Source: Ktedonobacterales bacterium (GTDB taxonomy: Bacteria; Chloroflexota; Ktedonobacteria; Ktedonobacterales; JADMIN01). Taken from it: DNA of 32,000 nucleotides. The notes below the pieces were generated by a model that made no database searches, had not been told where the DNA came from, and was given only the letters and a program-made list of their open reading frames with translations. Position 1 is the first letter of the stretch, and each line of letters starts with the position of its first letter. The position numbers and the translations under genes were made by a program. Shown here one piece after another: positions 17,143-24,792 of this stretch. The stretch lies in assembly GCA_030167145.1 (NCBI GenBank), contig CP126532.1, positions 390,001-422,000 of the forward strand, written 5' to 3'.

Positions 17143-17856
17143 TCACACACACTCCGCACTCATAAGTATCATCTCAGGCGTAGAGTCTACAGCAAACCAG
17201 GGACCATCGTTATCCATACCGTATGGTCCCCAAGCGACTGCGAATTGAAGTTGGCAATGCTCCCCTGCCTGTAAATTTGGCAATTGTACGCGTAGACCAT
17301 CATCCAAGTATTCGACCGTGCCCAGGCTATTGGGAGTGGTCAGCCAACGAGTAGGCAACAGGCTTTTTTCGGTCGCGGCTAATGCAAGCCATTGATCATC
17401 CTGGGTGCCCAAGGCAACGAGCGTGCGGATATCATCCCACTGTTGCGCCGCAAGTCCTTGCCCGCTGTTAATACCTCCCGTTTGCCACCTATATCCTGCC
17501 TCCCATCGGGAGACGAATTCGCTTGACCTCATTGGCATGGACGCCTGTACACGCCATAACCCCGCCCTGACATCGTCCAATATCCACCAAGGCACCGTAT
17601 CCGTTCGATCTCTTTGACGTGAAAACCGCTGCCAATAGAGAATAGGGCTTAACAAAAGTTCCGCCGTGTATGCTGTAGAGCGCCAGTGGAGTACCCAGGA
17701 ATCATTTGGCAGGCAATAGGTGCTTTGCGCGGGCTCTTCAGTGATGTGCTTGTTGCCTAGCCACGCATCGAAACGAATATTACCAATAGGTGTTTCTACC
17801 CCTGGAAACACCGTGTTCGATACCAACTTTGCAAGCGAGCAAGTGAACAGATCCAC
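17143..17856 (-). CDS. Hypothetical Trp-rich protein (no family recognised)
   Basis: The ORF-track version is 243 aa from TTG 17874. AGGAGG (17864-17869) lies 7 nt before GTG 17856, which gives about 237 aa. The protein has 14 Trp. No competing gene occupies either strand. The local GC is visibly lower than in the neighbouring genes. Confidence 0.5.
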   Translation of the reverse strand: MDLFTCSLAKLVSNTVFPGVETPIGNIRFDAWLGNKHITEEPAQSTYCLPNDSWVLHWRSTAYTAELLLSPILYWQRFSRQRDRTDTVPWWILDDVRAGLWRVQASMPMRSSEFVSRWEAGYRWQTGGINSGQGLAAQQWDDIRTLVALGTQDDQWLALAATEKSLLPTRWLTTPNSLGTVEYLDDGLRVQLPNLQAGEHCQLQFAVAWGPYGMDNDGPWFAVDSTPEMILMSAECV

Positions 17857-17897
17857 GGATGTACCTCCTGGCAACAGGACGCGGGTCGCGGACCTGT

Positions 17898-17927
17898 ATT
17901 GTGAGCGCAGTGAGAACGCTGTGTCAA
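17898..17927 (-). promoter_or_regulatory. Candidate sigma70-type promoter for the Trp-rich ORF
   Basis: On the minus strand: TTGACA (17922-17927), an 18-nt spacer, then CACAAT (17898-17903). It lies about 40 nt upstream of the GTG start. Confidence 0.3.
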
Positions 17928-17952
17928 ACAGTAGGCTGATATCAAATTAGAC

Positions 17953-20223
17953 TCATCCCACACGCAGATCAAGGAAGACCACCTGCGCGTGGTCGGGCGT
18001 GACCCAAGGCGCGCGACCCTGGACACCGGGCACGCTTTCAAGCGTCACAGGCAGGGGCTTGAGGTCCTGGCCGACCGGACCAGCGGCAACGCTTACGCCA
18101 ACTGGCTCAAGGCCCTGCTCACGGGAGGTGACGTACATGCGTGCGCGCAAAGCGTAGACTGTGCTCGGTTGCCAATAGCTCATTGGACGCAAGGCAAGCG
18201 CGGGAAAATCCACGATGCCAAGCTGCGAGCCATCACTGCGGGTGAGGATAAGCTGCGGGGCATACTGCCCACTGAGTGGAGCTGATATGCGCCAGTAGGT
18301 GGTGATGGTGACGAACGTATTCACATCGGGCGGCGTGGTCGGGGATATATCGTAGCCCGTCAGCTCCAGATTGGAGCCAAAGCGCGCGATGACTGTATGC
18401 GATGGCAGTGTAGTCGCGGTGAGATCGGAGAAACTGTAGAACGTCTCCGGCAGGCCATAAGGGTCGTTGGGATTCAGCGTAGGGCCGCGGCCACGCGCAA
18501 GCAGCAGATAGCCATCGCGTGCGGCAACGACATGATATTCCTGACTCAAGAGCAGCGCGCGGACGGTGGCGAAGTACTGGTCGGCGGAGACGAATGGATA
18601 TGTCTCGCCAGTGATGTCGAGGAAGACATAGTCTACATTGTTCGCCTTGTAAGGGAACTGGTAGATATAGCGACGCTGGCTGATGTGCGGAATCAGCGCG
18701 GCCTGCGCCGACACGCTGGCGTTCGCTGGAATCAGCGGCAGCATCTCATCGGCGATACGGGTGTGGGCGGTGGTTTGCGGCCAAGTGAAATCGTGAGTAA
18801 TGGGCAAATAGCCGTGGCCTTGCTGCTCGTGCAGGCTGAAAAGCAACATGAGTCCCACTAGCGCATAGACGGCGACACGGCGAGCGTAAGAAGGGAACAC
18901 GCGAACGGCCGGCGCGGGCACTCGCACAGGTGATGCGAAGCGGCTGCCTGGGATGGCGAGCGTCGCGCGGTTTAGCACCGGCGTGGCGCGTGCTGCCAGC
19001 CAGCGGGCGACACCGGCGAGCATCCAGACGCTGGCGATGCTGGCAAAGATGAGCATCGGCACGATTTCAGCATTATAGTGATAGAGGCCGGAGCGCATCG
19101 AGGGATTCGTGCTCAGGATGTTGATGGCGATAGCAGGGGCAGCAATGACGAGCGCGAAGGGGCTGAGTAGCGGCAAGTAGGCCACAGGCGAGAGCAATGT
19201 GCGGAGATAATAGACGCCACCAGCATCCAAGACATGGTCTTTCACGACCTGGAGCGGGTGCGTGAGCAGGTAGATGCCCGCTTGCACGGGTGAGTGGCCC
19301 AGGTAGGCATAGCGGCTGGCGGTGGGCGAGGCGCCAAGCGGGCTGAGCGCACGCATAATGGGGAGTTCGATGGCCAACCAGAGCAGTGCCAGCACGCAGA
19401 GGCCAAGGCCGATGCGCCAGCGCCGCTGGAAAAAGAGGATGCTCAGGCCAATGAGCAGGACATCAGCGGGGATATTCTCTTTCGTTGAGAGCGCCAGCAC
19501 ACAGGCGATCACCAGCCCCACGTTGTTGCGCGACATCATGAAGTAGAGCGCGAACATCAAGAATGCCGCTGAGAGCGTCACCGCGTGGAAATCATACGTC
19601 ACAGCGGCTTGAAGCGCTGGATAGAGCAAGAAGAGTGCGGCAAAAGCGACGCCCGCCACCAAGCTGCGGAGCCACCGGCTGGCGAGCCAGAATGCAGGGA
19701 ATGCCCCACTGGCAACAATGAGCGCCTGAAGGCAGAGCAGGAGCTTGGGCGAGGGAATGATGGCGTAGAGCAGGCCGAAGACAAACATGATCGGCTCGAA
19801 GTGGATCGCGAGCCGCGAAACATCACCCAGGCAATTGGTATCGCCAATGGGATTGCAGATGGTTTGGTGCATCCCATAGCCGTGCGCCAGGTTCCATAGG
19901 GCCTGATCCATAATGCCCATATCCTCACCATAGGTGAGATAGGCGTCATGCTTGGCGAACATATAGAAGGCGAAGAAAAGGAAGAATGCCACCGCAAGCA
20001 ACGCGACCACCGCGAGCGCGATTCGGGCGGCGATGCCCTGGCGTGCGGGCGGTAATTCTGGATAGGGATAGCGGTCCAGCAGGCGGTTCACACGTGCTTT
20101 GAGCACAGGCCACCAGGAAACACGAGCGCCTACTGGTGGCGTAGTCGAATCGGGGCGCGCCTCCACTGGTGAGCGCGTCGCCTCATCGCCAGAATTGCCA
20201 ACATACGTGCCGCTCGCGTCCAC
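17953..20223 (-). CDS. DUF2079-family polytopic membrane protein (putative GT-C-like glycosyltransferase) with large C-terminal extracytoplasmic domain
   Basis: 'YGEDMGIMDQALWNLAHGYG' matches the DUF2079 DLGIFDQALW-type motif. There are at least 10 hydrophobic helices, then a soluble tail of about 300 aa. The ORF-track start at 20322 overlaps the upstream gene by 80 nt. GTG 20223 is preceded by GAGAAGGGA (20231-20239) at 7-nt spacing, 19 nt after the upstream stop, so it is preferred. Confidence 0.8.
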   Translation of the reverse strand: MDASGTYVGNSGDEATRSPVEARPDSTTPPVGARVSWWPVLKARVNRLLDRYPYPELPPARQGIAARIALAVVALLAVAFFLFFAFYMFAKHDAYLTYGEDMGIMDQALWNLAHGYGMHQTICNPIGDTNCLGDVSRLAIHFEPIMFVFGLLYAIIPSPKLLLCLQALIVASGAFPAFWLASRWLRSLVAGVAFAALFLLYPALQAAVTYDFHAVTLSAAFLMFALYFMMSRNNVGLVIACVLALSTKENIPADVLLIGLSILFFQRRWRIGLGLCVLALLWLAIELPIMRALSPLGASPTASRYAYLGHSPVQAGIYLLTHPLQVVKDHVLDAGGVYYLRTLLSPVAYLPLLSPFALVIAAPAIAINILSTNPSMRSGLYHYNAEIVPMLIFASIASVWMLAGVARWLAARATPVLNRATLAIPGSRFASPVRVPAPAVRVFPSYARRVAVYALVGLMLLFSLHEQQGHGYLPITHDFTWPQTTAHTRIADEMLPLIPANASVSAQAALIPHISQRRYIYQFPYKANNVDYVFLDITGETYPFVSADQYFATVRALLLSQEYHVVAARDGYLLLARGRGPTLNPNDPYGLPETFYSFSDLTATTLPSHTVIARFGSNLELTGYDISPTTPPDVNTFVTITTYWRISAPLSGQYAPQLILTRSDGSQLGIVDFPALALRPMSYWQPSTVYALRARMYVTSREQGLEPVGVSVAAGPVGQDLKPLPVTLESVPGVQGRAPWVTPDHAQVVFLDLRVG

Positions 20224-20242
20224 CAGCAGATCCCTTCTCACT

Positions 20243-21292
20243 TCAGCGTGCGCTAGCTTGCGCCTGCGCCTGCTCTTGCGCGCTGATGTCTGGTAACGCC
20301 GGACCACGAATGGCATGGGCAACGGAGATGCTCAGCAACTCTGCGCCAGTAGAGAGAAGTCGGGCAAGGATAGCGATAACGGCGGCAACGCCTGCGGCAG
20401 CCGGAGCAAGTCCGGCGGCGATCACCAGCCCGCCAATCGCAAGTTCGCGGAAACCGACGCCGCTGGGCGTGACGAATGCCAGAAAGCCGATGTCCCAGCC
20501 AATGGCATAGATGCCAATGGCGAGGATGAGCGCAGTGGCAGGCAGCGGTGTGGAGACGAGTGAGCGCACCAACAGATAAAAGCCTGCGCCCGCGATGACC
20601 CAACTGACGAGCCAGAAGAGCGTGACGATCAATATGTCGAAGTAGCTGAGCGAGAAACGTACCGGTTCGCGGCCCAGTTTTTTCAGTCCAAAGTTGAGGG
20701 CGCCCTTCAGTACGCGCGGATGCAGACCAAAGAGCAGCAGCGCCACAAGCAATACGCCAGCGATGGCCAGCGAATCTGGCGGTAGCGCTTTGGCTGCCGC
20801 TCCGGCGTCGGACCAGAAGAAGAGCGTCAGCGCGAACACCAGCGCACCAGAAGCCAGCTTAGTCGCAAGCTCCACCACCATACTGGCGAAACCAGCCGAC
20901 TTGGGCACGCCCCGCTGCTCCGCCCAGAGTACACGCGTAATCACATGCCAGACATTTCCCGGAATGTAGCGCACGAACTCTGCGCCCAGATAGATGCGCT
21001 GTGCGGAGATCATGTCCAGATTGCTGCCCATGCGCCGGAGAATCGCCCGCCAGATGACGGCAAACGAAAACTCCTGTACCACCAGCAAGGCGAATGCGGC
21101 GACTAACAGTCCCCATTGCACATGCCATTGATAATTCCGCAGGCTAGACCAACTCTTCCAGACAGCAGTGGCGACAAAACCCACGATCAAGACAAGCACA
21201 ACCGCCTGAACCACACGCTTGTGACGCTTAAAAAAGCCCATTGCGGAACCGATGAGTCCGGTCCGCTGGCGCGTATCTGCTGGCACGCTCAC
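20243..21292 (-). CDS. Flippase-like / lysylphosphatidylglycerol-synthase TM-region family membrane protein (UPF0104)
   Basis: 349 aa with about 8 TM helices. 'WRAILRRMG' and 'GAEFVRYIPGNVWHVITRV' resemble the LPG_synthase_TM/TIGR00374 pattern. The GTG start overlaps the GT2 stop as GTGA (21289-21292). ATG 21241 is an alternative start. Confidence 0.8.
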   Translation of the reverse strand: MSVPADTRQRTGLIGSAMGFFKRHKRVVQAVVLVLIVGFVATAVWKSWSSLRNYQWHVQWGLLVAAFALLVVQEFSFAVIWRAILRRMGSNLDMISAQRIYLGAEFVRYIPGNVWHVITRVLWAEQRGVPKSAGFASMVVELATKLASGALVFALTLFFWSDAGAAAKALPPDSLAIAGVLLVALLLFGLHPRVLKGALNFGLKKLGREPVRFSLSYFDILIVTLFWLVSWVIAGAGFYLLVRSLVSTPLPATALILAIGIYAIGWDIGFLAFVTPSGVGFRELAIGGLVIAAGLAPAAAGVAAVIAILARLLSTGAELLSISVAHAIRGPALPDISAQEQAQAQASAR

Positions 21293-22299
21293 TCCAATAC
21301 CTGCCTGACGCTATATTCTTCTTCGGGGCGATAGGCGAAATGGCGGATCATCTCGCTCTGCAAGCCGGTGAGGATGAAACTCACACCGAAGATCAGCAGC
21401 ACGATACCAACAAAAAGCAGTGGGCGATTGTGGATTTCCTGATGAGAGCCAAACGGCAGGAAGCGGTCGAGGACGACATAGAGATCTACGGCGAGGCCCG
21501 CCAGCGTGGCAAGGAAGCCGATCGTACCGAAAAGGCGCAGGGGCGTCCGCAGATAGCTCATCAGGAAAAGCACCATGAGCAGATCGAGGAAACCCCGCAT
21601 GAAACGCCGCGCGCCGAACTTCGACTTGCCAAACTTGCGCTTATGATGCTTCACCTTGATCTCAGTGACACGGAAGCCGCGCTGATGGGCCAGCACTGGA
21701 ACGAAGCGGTGTAATTCACCATAGAGCTTGATGTCATCGAGCACCTCTTTACGGTATGCCTTGAAGCCGCAATTAATGTCATGCAGTTTGACGCCGGTAG
21801 TGCGCGAAACCATGCCGTTGAAGAAGAATGAAGGCAGCGTTTTGGTGATAGGGTCATGCCGTGGATATTTCCAACCGGAGACGAGGTCATAGCCCTCAGC
21901 CAGTTTATCCAGGAATTTCGACATCTCAGCGGGGTCATCCTGCAGGTCAGCGTCCATTGTGAAGACGACATCGCCCTGCGCCTGCTTGAATCCGGCGAGC
22001 AGGGCGGGTGTCTTGCCAAAATTGCGCCGGAAGCGGATCGCTTTCACATGCGGGTCGCGGTCGTGTAGGGCGGTAATCACCGTGAATGAGCCATCGCGAC
22101 TGCCATCGTCAACGAAGACGATTTCGTAGGTATAGCCGAGTTGGCGGAGATGAGTCGTCACCGCGTCGTAGAGCGGCTGGACGCTCTCTTCTTCGTTGTA
22201 GACTGGCACGACAACCGAAATCGCGACGTGTGTTTGTCGGCCTACTCCTTGCGGCGCTGTTTGTGGCATAGTTGGCTCGGCATGTTCTATCTGCTGCAT
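21289..22299 (-). CDS. Family 2 glycosyltransferase, polyprenyl-phosphate sugar synthase type (GtrB/ArnC/DPM1-like) with two C-terminal TM helices
   Basis: 'ISVVVPVYNEEESV', 'EIVFVDDGSRDGS' and 'VFTMDADLQDDP' (DXD) are present. The C-terminal hydrophobic segments are 'LLMVLFLMSY' and 'LLFVGIVLLIFGVSFILTGL'. An SD GGAG lies 9 nt before ATG 22299. Confidence 0.9.
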   Translation of the reverse strand: MQQIEHAEPTMPQTAPQGVGRQTHVAISVVVPVYNEEESVQPLYDAVTTHLRQLGYTYEIVFVDDGSRDGSFTVITALHDRDPHVKAIRFRRNFGKTPALLAGFKQAQGDVVFTMDADLQDDPAEMSKFLDKLAEGYDLVSGWKYPRHDPITKTLPSFFFNGMVSRTTGVKLHDINCGFKAYRKEVLDDIKLYGELHRFVPVLAHQRGFRVTEIKVKHHKRKFGKSKFGARRFMRGFLDLLMVLFLMSYLRTPLRLFGTIGFLATLAGLAVDLYVVLDRFLPFGSHQEIHNRPLLFVGIVLLIFGVSFILTGLQSEMIRHFAYRPEEEYSVRQVLE

Positions 22300-22359
22300 C
22301 TGTTGCTACTCCGCGACGGCACAAGGGTACAGAGGGTCAATTTCCCTTTTAGCCTCGCT

Positions 22360-22388
22360 ATTATCATACCGCACGCCAGGGCAGTCAA
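22360..22388 (-). promoter_or_regulatory. Near-consensus sigma70-type promoter for the GT2 operon
   Basis: On the minus strand: TTGACT (22383-22388), a 17-nt spacer, then GATAAT (22360-22365). It lies about 60 nt upstream of ATG 22299. Confidence 0.55.
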
Positions 22389-22411
22389 CGCGGCTGGTAC
22401 TGCTAGCCGCG

Positions 22412-22420
22412 TGCTACAAT
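22412..22420 (+). promoter_or_regulatory. Candidate extended -10 promoter (TGcTACAAT) for the thioesterase gene
   Basis: TG at 22412-22413 plus TACAAT at 22415-22420. No good -35 element is present. It lies 66 nt upstream of ATG 22487. Confidence 0.3.
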
Positions 22421-22486
22421 GACGAACGATGACGCCGGAACGGTATCGCGCGCGGGTCACATACAAGCGAGTGGAGGGGCGGCACC

Positions 22487-22873
22487 ATGGGCCTTGAGGT
22501 CGGTATGAGGGGCGAAGTGTCGCTCGTGGTTGGAGAAGAACAAACGGCGATGGCGTTCGGCGCGGGCGGAGTGCGCGTGTTTGGAACTCCGGTGATGATC
22601 GGGCTGATGGAGAACGCGGCATGGCGAATGGTGCAGCCGGAATTAGCCGAAGGCGAGACGACGGTCGGCACACTCGTCAATGTGCGGCATCTGGCTGCTA
22701 CTCCGGTGGGCGATACGGTTATCGCGACGGCGGAACTGGTGGAAGTTGATGGGCGGCGGCTCGTCTTCCATGTGACGGCGCGCGACAGTCGCCAACTCAT
22801 TGGCGAGGGCACGCATGAACGGGCGCGCGTGCTGCTAGACCGCTTCCTGGCCCGATTGTACGGCGATAAGTAG
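22487..22873 (+). CDS. Hotdog-fold thioesterase, FlK-like family
   Basis: 128 aa with SD GGAGGGG 7 nt upstream. 'FGTPVMIGLMENAAW', 'VRHLAATPVGDTV.ATAEL', 'VDGRRLVFHV.ARD' and 'GEGTHERA' align by eye with Streptomyces cattleya FlK, which I recall from memory. The recalled Thr/Glu/His positions are conserved. Confidence 0.8.
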   Translation: MGLEVGMRGEVSLVVGEEQTAMAFGAGGVRVFGTPVMIGLMENAAWRMVQPELAEGETTVGTLVNVRHLAATPVGDTVIATAELVEVDGRRLVFHVTARDSRQLIGEGTHERARVLLDRFLARLYGDK

Positions 22874-23002
22874 TTTGCACCGCGCTTACCATCTGGCGTC
22901 TTGTGCTATGCGATACAATACGACTGCCTGAGACGTTGCCGGGGGGTGCATAGCGAAGCCGGACGAGCAGGGCATGGGTGCGCGAGTGAGGCAGGAGCCG
23001 AT

Positions 23003-23587
23003 ATGTCATTGATCAATATGGCGAAGCGTGAGATCAACTGTAAGATTGTGTATTACGGGATTGGTCTCAGTGGCAAAACGACAAATCTCCACTTCATTCA
23101 CAATACCGTGAACCCACGTGATGTCGGCGATATGGTTTCGATTGATACGGAGACCGAGCGCACACTCTATTTCGACCTGCTTCCCCTTGACTTGGGCACG
23201 TTCCACGGATTCCGCATCCGCTTTCAACTCTACACCGTTCCCGGCCAGGTGCTCTATCAGCAGACGCGCATCTCGGTACTGCGCGGAGCCGACGCGGTGG
23301 TCTTCGTCGGCGATTCGCAGGCGAGCAAACTGCAAGAGAATATCGAGAGCTTCAACGAACTCAATGCGCAGTTGCGAAACATGGGCAAGAATCCTGGCGA
23401 TTTCCCGCTGGTGATGCAGTGGAACAAGCGCGACCTGCCCGATACCTTGCCGGTTCCCGTGCTGGAGCAGTATCTCAATCCGTATCGTGCGCCCAGCTTT
23501 GAGGCGATAGCGGTTCGCGGGCGCGGTGTGATCGAGAGCCTGCGCGTCTCCATCAACATGACGATGCGCCGCCTGGAACGTCCGTAG
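23003..23587 (+). CDS. mglA: MglA-family Ras-like small GTPase
   Basis: 'REINCKIVYYGIGLSGKTTNL' contains the P-loop at 23057-23083. 'TERTLYFDLLP' carries R53, 'LYTVPGQ' carries T78 and Q82 (23234-23248), and 'NKRDL' is present. This is near-colinear with M. xanthus MglA as I recall it. AGGAG (22993-22997) lies 5 nt before ATG 23003, so the TTG-initiated 34-codon extension in the ORF track is rejected. Confidence 0.9.
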   Translation: MSLINMAKREINCKIVYYGIGLSGKTTNLHFIHNTVNPRDVGDMVSIDTETERTLYFDLLPLDLGTFHGFRIRFQLYTVPGQVLYQQTRISVLRGADAVVFVGDSQASKLQENIESFNELNAQLRNMGKNPGDFPLVMQWNKRDLPDTLPVPVLEQYLNPYRAPSFEAIAVRGRGVIESLRVSINMTMRRLERP

Positions 23588-23604
23588 AATGTTTCCACGC
23601 GCGA

Positions 23605-24792
23605 CTACAGCAGTCCAAACAGGTGCGCGCCCAAGAGTCCGCCAGCATAGACGAGAAGCGGAGCGAACGAGAGCAGCAGCATAAGGCGCGCGCGGCGACG
23701 CTGCGCCGGAGATATAGCCAGAGCCTGCGCTAGACCAGTTGGCAACTCAGGAAGCCGCGACCCCTTTCTCACGAAGAGGCGATCTGCCCACGCATCACCA
23801 ATAAAACCACCTGCTGCCCTCCCCAACCGCACCGCGAAGAGTGTCGCGTCTCGCAAGGGCAATCCGGTTCGCGTCACAATCAGCCGCTCAAGATAGGTGG
23901 TATCTCGATCCTCATGCGGACTGCGATAACCAACGACGTATCCCCAAGCCAGGGTAGCATGCCCGCCTTCGAGTATGTACGCTGGCTGTGGTTTGTAGAG
24001 TGTTGGATCTCGGCGATCAATGCGAATGAATGAGCGAACGTCATCCCACCTGACACGCTCGGTTTTCTTGCGGAATCGCCCGTATTGCCAACTCAGCCCA
24101 TCTTCATCAACCAGAAGTGACGGGAACGTAAGGGAAGCCGCCGCAATGGCAACGGAGGTGAGCGCCATACCCAGCGGTATCAGAAGAATACAGTAGAGCA
24201 GAGGTACAGGGCCGATCATGACGCTAGTCATTGCTGAGCGCCCATAGAAAGTGTAAGCAAGTGGCTCAGCATACAAGGGCAAAAAGGCAAATGGTATCAC
24301 GACGAGAGGAAACACGGTTTGATAGGCAAGCATGTGTGTGTCATCAATCCAACGAGGACGAGGGAACGCCGGTGGTTCAGCAGCTAACTCCTCTGGCAGC
24401 AACGATACTGGTTGCTCATCAGCAAGCGGGATGAGCGTGTCATCACCTGATGCAGCAGTCTCGCGCAACGCCCACGATGCCACGATGAATTTTTGGTAAT
24501 GACTGCCGCTCTTAACACTGGCAGCACCCGGAAGCAATAGGAGAGCAAGTCCCAGCATGATCAAATCGCCATTCAAGAAGTAGGCATCATCGTGATTGGC
24601 GTGTGTTAACACGATCCAGATCACTACACCTGTCATAGCGGTCACAATCCGGCCAAGCACGAGCGCGCTGTTCATTTGGTTCGTGACAACACGGAATCTC
24701 TTGGCAGCGTTGCTCCTATCCTGAGCGACAGCGCGCAAGATAGCCTCGCTGTCGTCCAGTGAGATTGCATCATCCACCATTTCACTCGCCAT
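23605..24792 (-). CDS. Polytopic membrane protein with bPH-like (YdbS/YdbT-type) domain
   Basis: Several TM helices are present. 'LLVDEDGLSWQYGRFRKKTERVRWDDVRSFIRI' resembles a bacterial PH (bPH_2) domain flanked by helices. ATG 24792 is preceded by GGGAG at 5-nt spacing and overlaps the upstream gene end by 11 nt. The ORF-track start at 24981 would overlap by 200 nt. Confidence 0.6.
   Translation of the reverse strand: MASEMVDDAISLDDSEAILRAVAQDRSNAAKRFRVVTNQMNSALVLGRIVTAMTGVVIWIVLTHANHDDAYFLNGDLIMLGLALLLLPGAASVKSGSHYQKFIVASWALRETAASGDDTLIPLADEQPVSLLPEELAAEPPAFPRPRWIDDTHMLAYQTVFPLVVIPFAFLPLYAEPLAYTFYGRSAMTSVMIGPVPLLYCILLIPLGMALTSVAIAAASLTFPSLLVDEDGLSWQYGRFRKKTERVRWDDVRSFIRIDRRDPTLYKPQPAYILEGGHATLAWGYVVGYRSPHEDRDTTYLERLIVTRTGLPLRDATLFAVRLGRAAGGFIGDAWADRLFVRKGSRLPELPTGLAQALAISPAQRRRARLMLLLSFAPLLVYAGGLLGAHLFGLL

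Noticed and set aside
22901-23002. TTG-initiated 34-codon N-terminal extension of the mglA ORF
   Set aside because: MglA homologues start a few residues before 'REINCKIVYYG'. ATG 23003 has AGGAG at 5-nt spacing. The extension (MCYAIQYDCLRRCRG...) covers the likely promoter region.
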